Positions 57,795 to 64,000 of a DNA stretch of 64,000 bases are shown here, piece after piece; position 1 is the first letter of the stretch, and every line of letters starts with the position of its first letter. The notes beneath the pieces were generated by a model. That model was not told where the DNA came from. It saw only the letters and a list, made by a program, of their open reading frames with translations, and made no database searches. This stretch comes from an uncultured virus (IMG/VR IMGVR_UViG_3300023283_000176) (lineage: Duplodnaviria > Heunggongvirae > Uroviricota > Caudoviricetes), in IMG/VR virus record IMGVR_UViG_3300023283_000176; one strand, 5' to 3'. A program made the translations under genes and the position numbers.

Positions 57795-60692
57795 TTATCT
57801 TCGTTTTACAAGATAATCAAAACCTATGGAACGAAGAAAAAATCCCTCGACAACAGAACGAATTTTCCAGAAAAAACTTCGAGAATTATTTGATCTGCCT
57901 GTTCCAGGTTTTATACCGATCTTGTAACGACCATTAATTTTAGTTTTCTGTGTGAGATCAACAATATATGGATTCTCAAAATATTTGGAATCATAATGTA
58001 ATTCCAAAAGACCAAGGTTTGGGCTTTCAGTGTCTACATATAGTTTACGATATCGTTTTAATTGGGTGGGTGCATCTAATGTGTTTGCAGTAGATGTTAT
58101 TTCGGTAACAAATTGATCTCCGCCAAAATCATTGCCTTGATTATGCAAATTGTACTGATCATTCCTGAAAGCCATAAGCTCATCAGCAAAATGTTGGCCT
58201 ACCACATTACCATACGTATAAGGACCCATCCATTCACCCAATTCAAAAGAATATGCATATGTTTTTGCAGTAACACCCTGTGGAATAGGTATGGACACGC
58301 TATTTTGATTATCAGTATTATCAAGTCCTTCAAATACTGTCAACCTGTATTCTTTGTTACGTGGGTCAATCATTCCAACGCATGTGTCACCAATTTCAAT
58401 AGAGCCATTGGTTAAATTCTGCATTTGTCCGTCAAACATCCATACATCTCTTGTATCTGAAAAAATGACCATTTTTTCAAATTCAACAATCGAATTGTAT
58501 TGAATATGCGGTACAGATTTTAAAATCCATTGTGGGTTATGTAGAAACTGTGAAGATTTGATAAAAATATCACCAGAATCGTTTTGGGCTAACTGACCAC
58601 CCGCCTGACTCACAGCCACGGCTCGTTCACAAAATATTAACAATGTGTTACGGTGTGAGGCCAGTTTAATTATTTTACCGTATTCAGTGGGCACATCAAG
58701 AAATGATGTAAACAAATACTTTCTGGCACCAGATCTATTCGAACCCACGACTGTCTTTTCAGACCACACTAACTGGTTAGGGAATTCTTCTTCAAGTAAT
58801 TTTAAATCTTCTTCAAGTAATAATCTTTCAATTACATTGGATTCGAGCAAACGTGGAAATATTAAAGATTCTTCCTGCACATATTCAAATCCTGTGTGTT
58901 TAAAACGCCCATTGAAAAGAAAATTCTGTGTAAAAGTAGTTTGGTCATAATAACTACCGATGTAAATTAAATTGTCGTTGATGAATTCGTCAGCTTCGGT
59001 GGAATCAAAAATAGTGTTTGCTTCAAGACCAACATGTAAATCAAACGTATCTTGAAATAATGTCTCACTACCTGGTACGGCGATTTGGTCAATCTCTGAA
59101 CCTGTTGGGTCAGGAAGTTCAAAATCAACGCCTACCAATTCAAAATTAAATCTTGGAGTCAAACCACCGTCTGTACGTATGAACTCGTCTCCACGTAAAA
59201 TGTCCGGATCGAAATCGAATCTATCGTAATTACCAACTGTGTCCTGATTGTTGATTCCGCGCCTGTCTATTCGCGAATAAATTGAATCAAAAGGTAAAAC
59301 CAAATAAATTCTGGATGATGGTGGTATGAGTAAATGTCCGTGATCTGTGGCTCTTACGTCCGCAGAAAATGAAGTATCAACAACGGAATCAACTGTTTCT
59401 TCAAAATCAACAAAATCAGAAGAATCTACCTGTGTACTTAAATTGACCAAATTCTTCAATCTGACCTTTACATCCGCTACCCTAACAGCCCGTTCTAATG
59501 AATCTGCAAAGGATAATTTGTAAACATATTCATATAAAAAACCATCCGGAGGGGCATTATGAAATGCGTTATCCTCATGATCATCATCAACAATTATATG
59601 AGCGTGTCTGCTATAAGTAAGCGGTTGTTGTTCAACGAAGGATTTTTCCAAAAAATCAGGCACAAATTCAGATGCCTCTACAGCATCTATAAAATTACCA
59701 CTGCCTGTATCAGGAATAAAAACATCCACCTCATCAACAATAATGAAATCATTTATATTGACGTTCTCAATCCTCTGAAAATCTTCATCACGAATAATAT
59801 CAAAATATTTTGCGGTCCAATTCCCAGAAGTTGAGTTAAAACCGTAATTAGCAAAAACTCTTTTAAAAAATTTAAAACCAAGAAAAATCTGTGGCCGATT
59901 GTTGAAAAAAGGTAATTCTGTTTGTGAAGAAGCTAATGTTTGTACGTTCTGATTATTGATTTCAATAGAATTAAAAGGGATGGTTAATTTATCTTCTTCA
60001 TTGATGTTCGGGTCTTTTTGGACTCTCAAAAACAACGCAACGACTTGAAAAGAACCATCAAAATCGCCACTCACATCAGGTATAGGATTCAACTTTAAAG
60101 TCTTGTCCCTTTCAATATTTTGCAGTTCATTTGAAACTGGCATGTGGAAACTATCTTGACCATCAGGAAAAACTACTTTCGCATATAATTGGACTGTTGC
60201 ATTAGTTGGTAATGTTGGGTTACCTTCTTCCACGGCCACATCAACTGTCTCGATGTTGAACAAGCGAGGGAAATTTACAGACCTTTCAGGATATACCAAA
60301 TCACCCCTGATGATACGATCTTCCATCTCTGTTTGAGTTCCGTGTTTTTCAGTGTAAACGATTTCTAAATCATCAAGGTCGTTGCCTTCAAGTTTGCCGT
60401 CGTCTACATATTCAATGAACTTTATCTCTGTACCTAATACCGTTTCTTGGTTAGGATCGACAGTTTCAATATGTCTGAATGGTGTGTCTCCTTCTTTTCG
60501 ATATATTTCAACTCGGGCATATTTGACATCCGTTGGTTTTGAATGCAAATCCTCAGATACTACAATATCTAAATCCGCTTTTCTCTGGGTCAAATCGGTG
60601 CGGATGATTTTTGGTTGAGACACCATACTAACATGCCCATCGACATACTGGTGTCTATAAACATAATAATATGTTTGATCGGGTTTCAACAT
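57795..60692 (-). CDS. Tail nozzle / stabilisation protein (C-terminal part)
   Basis: YYYVYRHQYVDG..S; FLDVPTEYGKIIKL..LLIFCE; TYAYSFELGEW; KRYRKLYV. Confidence 0.65.
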   Translation of the reverse strand: MLKPDQTYYYVYRHQYVDGHVSMVSQPKIIRTDLTQRKADLDIVVSEDLHSKPTDVKYARVEIYRKEGDTPFRHIETVDPNQETVLGTEIKFIEYVDDGKLEGNDLDDLEIVYTEKHGTQTEMEDRIIRGDLVYPERSVNFPRLFNIETVDVAVEEGNPTLPTNATVQLYAKVVFPDGQDSFHMPVSNELQNIERDKTLKLNPIPDVSGDFDGSFQVVALFLRVQKDPNINEEDKLTIPFNSIEINNQNVQTLASSQTELPFFNNRPQIFLGFKFFKRVFANYGFNSTSGNWTAKYFDIIRDEDFQRIENVNINDFIIVDEVDVFIPDTGSGNFIDAVEASEFVPDFLEKSFVEQQPLTYSRHAHIIVDDDHEDNAFHNAPPDGFLYEYVYKLSFADSLERAVRVADVKVRLKNLVNLSTQVDSSDFVDFEETVDSVVDTSFSADVRATDHGHLLIPPSSRIYLVLPFDSIYSRIDRRGINNQDTVGNYDRFDFDPDILRGDEFIRTDGGLTPRFNFELVGVDFELPDPTGSEIDQIAVPGSETLFQDTFDLHVGLEANTIFDSTEADEFINDNLIYIGSYYDQTTFTQNFLFNGRFKHTGFEYVQEESLIFPRLLESNVIERLLLEEDLKLLEEEFPNQLVWSEKTVVGSNRSGARKYLFTSFLDVPTEYGKIIKLASHRNTLLIFCERAVAVSQAGGQLAQNDSGDIFIKSSQFLHNPQWILKSVPHIQYNSIVEFEKMVIFSDTRDVWMFDGQMQNLTNGSIEIGDTCVGMIDPRNKEYRLTVFEGLDNTDNQNSVSIPIPQGVTAKTYAYSFELGEWMGPYTYGNVVGQHFADELMAFRNDQYNLHNQGNDFGGDQFVTEITSTANTLDAPTQLKRYRKLYVDTESPNLGLLELHYDSKYFENPYIVDLTQKTKINGRYKIGIKPGTGRSNNSRSFFWKIRSVVEGFFLRSIGFDYLVKRR

Positions 60693-61174
60693 TATGCTAT
60701 GGGTTCACCTGCTTGGATTCGTGGATAATCAGGTACAAAATCATTAAAAAAGTATTCACCTGATATAAAATTTATCATTTTATTAAATGGAGAAATGAAG
60801 ATTGTAGTGTGTTGTAATAACATTTCGCCATTATCTAAACCGGGGTTTACGCCAAGATCAAACGTTGTGATTAATAATGGGTCGTCATATCTATCAGTTA
60901 CATCAAAGATCTTGATTTTAGTAGTCCCATCTGTTTTGATATAATAAACCATCATATCTTGGTTTGATGAAAAGGTGATATCAAATATACGACTGATATC
61001 AATATCATTGAGAATGTCTTTCTCAAGAAACCCCTCAATACGAGCCACACTCATCGTATTCCCTCTGTCAGATATACGAGCATTCTTTAAACCAAAAATA
61101 CGATTTGGTTCTGCTTTGTAAGGATCAATTCGTTCATTGATCCCTTTTTGAAATCTAAGCGTTTCTTGTCTCAT
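60692..61174 (-). CDS. Tail nozzle / stabilisation protein N-terminal-like part
   Basis: FQKGINERIDP...LKNARI start resembles podoviral nozzle N-termini. Confidence 0.5.
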   Translation of the reverse strand: MRQETLRFQKGINERIDPYKAEPNRIFGLKNARISDRGNTMSVARIEGFLEKDILNDIDISRIFDITFSSNQDMMVYYIKTDGTTKIKIFDVTDRYDDPLLITTFDLGVNPGLDNGEMLLQHTTIFISPFNKMINFISGEYFFNDFVPDYPRIQAGEPIA

Positions 61175-61923
61175 TATAAGCTCTTATTGCGTGGGGTTTT
61201 GCTAATATATCGGATGCGTTTATTTTCGCGTTTCTGTTTGTATCTCTGTGTACCAAAATGACGTGGTTTTAATCTGACATGGGGACGATTTTTTGTTCCT
61301 CTCCATTTTCTTGAAACATCATGAGCTTCTTCGCTGGCCTCTAATGGGTCGCCTATACCAAGTATCCTTTCTACCTCAGTAATGATCGCATTCCAATAAG
61401 TGTCATCCAAATTGCGGATGTATGTTTCAGTCGGTTTGAAATAATATTCAACAAAAATTAAATCATTTACTTCTTTAGGAAACGGGGCGATCACCAATAC
61501 GTTTTTAAAATCATCTTCGTTTGTAAGATTTAACCGTGGTGTAGAATACAACGGTTTGTTCTTCATTTTAGCAATGCGTTCGATATTGAAATGATTGTCC
61601 CAAAATTCCAGGTCGAGTTTTCGTTCATTCACTCGAATATCGTCCAATTCAGAATAATCGTCCGGCAACATGAAATAAGAAAATAAATGTTCACCATTAC
61701 GATTAATATATTTTTTCCCATCTTCTGGTAAATACTGTACTGTCTTTGGGGGGATGACCGACCGATTTTGTAACTTAATGATGGCTCTCTTAACATTGAA
61801 AGGGATACTATTTAGAATGTCCTCTCTATTTGTTTTCACAACCTGATCATCAACCACTCTCTCTTGTGGTATTTTAGTTTTGATGGCTGTACGTACTACT
61901 TCATAAATATTACTCATCGTCAC
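61174..61923 (-). CDS. Tail ring / adaptor-like protein
   Basis: FMLPDDY...IAPFP...VEYYFKP. Confidence 0.55.
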   Translation of the reverse strand: MTMSNIYEVVRTAIKTKIPQERVVDDQVVKTNREDILNSIPFNVKRAIIKLQNRSVIPPKTVQYLPEDGKKYINRNGEHLFSYFMLPDDYSELDDIRVNERKLDLEFWDNHFNIERIAKMKNKPLYSTPRLNLTNEDDFKNVLVIAPFPKEVNDLIFVEYYFKPTETYIRNLDDTYWNAIITEVERILGIGDPLEASEEAHDVSRKWRGTKNRPHVRLKPRHFGTQRYKQKRENKRIRYISKTPRNKSL

Positions 61924-62773
61924 TCACCTGTTGCGGTTGTGGGGTTGTTAGTTTACGTAATATGGAATTAACTACCTGTTCACGAGTTTGAAGAATGACA
62001 GAAGTACTTAATGGGATTTTTTCTTCTGGTTTTTCGATTTTTACCCAATCCGGAATGTACCAAATATGGAAAAAACCTATATCATTAGATATGTATAAAT
62101 CACCACTGTTCTCACTAAATGTATAATGTGAAACTTGCGAGGTTCGCAATTCTCGAAATGGTAAATAATAAGGCTCAACCAAAGCGTCGCCAACAAACAT
62201 CCAATAATGCTGTTCAAGATTAGATAAATCATTAGTGAAATCCACACTGGCTTCAAAATTCTGTGTAGCCCTGTAATATTTTCCATTTTGTACTACATAA
62301 ACCAATTGCCCAGTCTCAATTTGTTCACCCGTTACCAAATAAGTGACCTCATCAGAAAGGAATGTCAGTGATTTTGAAGCAACATTTTGTACGTCATTCA
62401 CTGCGACATACAATTTATCATTTATGCGGGCAAGTGTGTCTTTTGAAAATGTTTGTGGTGTGTCTTTGATCTTATTATTGGTAACATAACCAATGGCACG
62501 AATAATGGATTGATGTGGATCAAGATCATTTTCGGGTGGTGGGTCCAACTTAACCTTTTTAAATTGGGTACTGATCGCCGAAGGGTTGGGTAAATTAAAT
62601 GTTTTTTCAATCGCATATCGCTCATCATTGCCTTGTTTAATGTCCTGACTTCGTGCAATTGGAGCGAACAGATTGAACTCTCTGATTATATCCTCAGTAA
62701 AAATTTCGCTTCTGCTTAACCCTTGTGTGGTTAACATTGTAGTTACCAACTCGGTAAAATCTTTTAATGTCAT
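61910..62773 (-). CDS. Tail ring / adaptor-like protein
   Basis: Operon position; WYIPD...IPL. Confidence 0.5.
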   Translation of the reverse strand: MTLKDFTELVTTMLTTQGLSRSEIFTEDIIREFNLFAPIARSQDIKQGNDERYAIEKTFNLPNPSAISTQFKKVKLDPPPENDLDPHQSIIRAIGYVTNNKIKDTPQTFSKDTLARINDKLYVAVNDVQNVASKSLTFLSDEVTYLVTGEQIETGQLVYVVQNGKYYRATQNFEASVDFTNDLSNLEQHYWMFVGDALVEPYYLPFRELRTSQVSHYTFSENSGDLYISNDIGFFHIWYIPDWVKIEKPEEKIPLSTSVILQTREQVVNSILRKLTTPQPQQVSDDE

Positions 62774-63429
62774 TATAGTCCATTGTCTCTGATTTCACTT
62801 AAAAAACTATTTTCATAAGCACCGGCTAAATCGCCATTTTGATCTTTCAGTGCCATTTTCTTACAAGAAGCGTATATGACGGCCCTTTCCAGGTGTTTTG
62901 GTAAATCTGGTAAATCTGTATCAGTGTCAGTTATTGGTGTCGGTTTGACAATATAATAGAGACGTACCTGATCTTCATTTGTAGAAATCTCTTTACCAAA
63001 AATCTGCATTGTTTTTTGTTGACTATTTGAAGCAATGTGGTAAAAATATTCCATCCAATTAGGTATTGCGGTCCCAAGATCAATCAAAATAAGTTGTTTG
63101 CTTTTAAGCTCCCTGAGCGTGATGGTCTCAGAACGTGAAACGTCAATAAAGGCTGAATGAACAATATCTAAAATAGTGTCGGGTAAATCTATTTCAGTGA
63201 CTTGATTACCATTTTCTTCTACAACTGGTTCAACAACATCAATTACGTTCCTTAAACGTAAATCATCTAAGGAACGTAATGTGACATCAGTGTCTCTTTC
63301 CATTTGTGCCAATACAGACACAGTACGAGAATACCCACCATTTAAAAATTCGATAACGTCATCAGGAGAAAAGAATTCATCTTCTTGATCCCCGTATGTA
63401 GATATGACTTTTTCGACGAGTGTTCTCAT
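62773..63429 (-). CDS. Tail ring / adaptor-like protein
   Basis: FSPDDVIEFLN...IDLPD...LYYIVKP...DLPKHLERAVIYA. Confidence 0.65.
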   Translation of the reverse strand: MRTLVEKVISTYGDQEDEFFSPDDVIEFLNGGYSRTVSVLAQMERDTDVTLRSLDDLRLRNVIDVVEPVVEENGNQVTEIDLPDTILDIVHSAFIDVSRSETITLRELKSKQLILIDLGTAIPNWMEYFYHIASNSQQKTMQIFGKEISTNEDQVRLYYIVKPTPITDTDTDLPDLPKHLERAVIYASCKKMALKDQNGDLAGAYENSFLSEIRDNGL

Positions 63430-63431
63430 AT

Positions 63432-63935
63432 TTAACCGTCTTTATCTTTTTTAGTGGATTTCTTTTTGGTGGGCGATTTTTTGGTCACTTTTTTCTTAGT
63501 CGCTGTCTTAGTCGTATCTTGGTCATTGTCTTGGTCAGTGTCGCCATCATCACCATTATCAGCTTCCATGACCTCAATAATATCATTAGTGGCTGGTACG
63601 CCAACCAATTCTGCTTTAATTAAAGATGGAAATGTGTTTTTAGCGCCAACAACTTGACCAACTTTTAAAATTGTTTCATCTGAAACATCGTCAAAAAAGT
63701 CGGAACCGATATATTCTGGTTCATCGTCATTTTCAAGATAATTAGCAACCAATTCAGGATCAGTCACAAGAACATATCTGCCTCTTTTGTAGAAACTGTG
63801 ACTCAAAAGGGCTTTGATTTCTTCTTTATCAGTAGTGGTTTTTGTGCCTTTTGAAAAGTAAATTTCTTTTTCGCCAGCAAAAATGGGACCAATTCTGTTC
63901 TGTTTAGGTGATTTGGATGCAAAAGTTACTTCCAT
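63432..63935 (-). CDS. Virion-operon hypothetical protein with acidic and Lys-rich tail
   Basis: FSKGTKTTTDKEEIKALLSH; preceded by motif variants. Confidence 0.65.
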   Translation of the reverse strand: MEVTFASKSPKQNRIGPIFAGEKEIYFSKGTKTTTDKEEIKALLSHSFYKRGRYVLVTDPELVANYLENDDEPEYIGSDFFDDVSDETILKVGQVVGAKNTFPSLIKAELVGVPATNDIIEVMEADNGDDGDTDQDNDQDTTKTATKKKVTKKSPTKKKSTKKDKDG

Positions 63936-64000
63936 TGTCGTAGGGTTTAAATTTGAAGTTAGGGGTTTAAAAAAGACACTAACCCCGTCAAGAGTTAGTG

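Larger units (their letters stand above)
6159..62149. repeat. Dispersed palindrome TTGCGA-N3-TCGCAA (8 perfect copies)
   Basis: Starts at 6159, 13378, 14444, 25468, 29386, 41365, 51203, 62135. Confidence 0.9.
4671..63970. promoter_or_regulatory. Dispersed pre-start motif AACCTCTAAACCC (about 30 copies including variants)
   Basis: Examples at 5144, 6453, 9313, 16096, 19854, 21127, 22114, 26331, 27698, 29413, 29820, 32848, 36438 on plus; near 50733-50745 and 57784-57796 on minus. Confidence 0.9.

Noticed and set aside
38584..60618. Many short plus-strand ORFs over the virion operon
   Set aside because: Shadows of long minus-strand genes, with no motifs or start signals
4671..63970. AACCTCTAAACCC as a CRISPR repeat or IS end
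   Set aside because: Spacing is irregular, it is tied to start codons, and no cas or transposase gene is associated
1..64000. Stop-codon reassignment as in some crAss-like phages
   Set aside because: Long genes (3121, 1676, 760 aa) are intact in the standard code and no suppressor tRNA was seen

Overview
The whole window reads as AT-rich (visually about 35% GC) bacteriophage DNA: a temperate, podovirus-like phage whose virion module resembles that of crAss-like phages. The host is probably in Bacteroidota/Balneolota (inference from the lack of Shine-Dalgarno sites and one host-like mini-protein). Layout from left to right: (1) end of a duplicated tail-associated gene; (2) integration module 1 (attP with the 3' half of tRNA-Val plus a tyrosine integrase) and a TnpB/IS605 remnant; (3) auxiliary, nucleotide-metabolism and lysis genes with an atypical tRNA-Thr; (4) a 2 kb non-coding region ending in a sigma70-type promoter and a densely structured ~600-nt non-coding segment; (5) early genes (ArdA, many small ORFs, ERF, DNA methyltransferase); (6) integration module 2 (Xis, attP with the 3' half of tRNA-Gly, a paralogous integrase); (7) replication genes (helicase, primase, PolB, SSB, RecA-like); (8) a minus-strand virion operon (3121-aa protein, LysM protein, GH108 endolysin, tail fibre, tail nozzle and ring proteins). 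The strongest signals not explained by the ORFs are the candidate large ncRNA, eight perfect dispersed copies of the palindrome TTGCGA-N3-TCGCAA, about 30 copies of AACCTCTAAACCC just upstream of start codons, two complete attP/integrase modules, and nucleotide-identical repeats inside the tail fibre together with an inverted duplicate of a tail-linked gene. All protein calls come from motif recognition by eye; no database searches were run.
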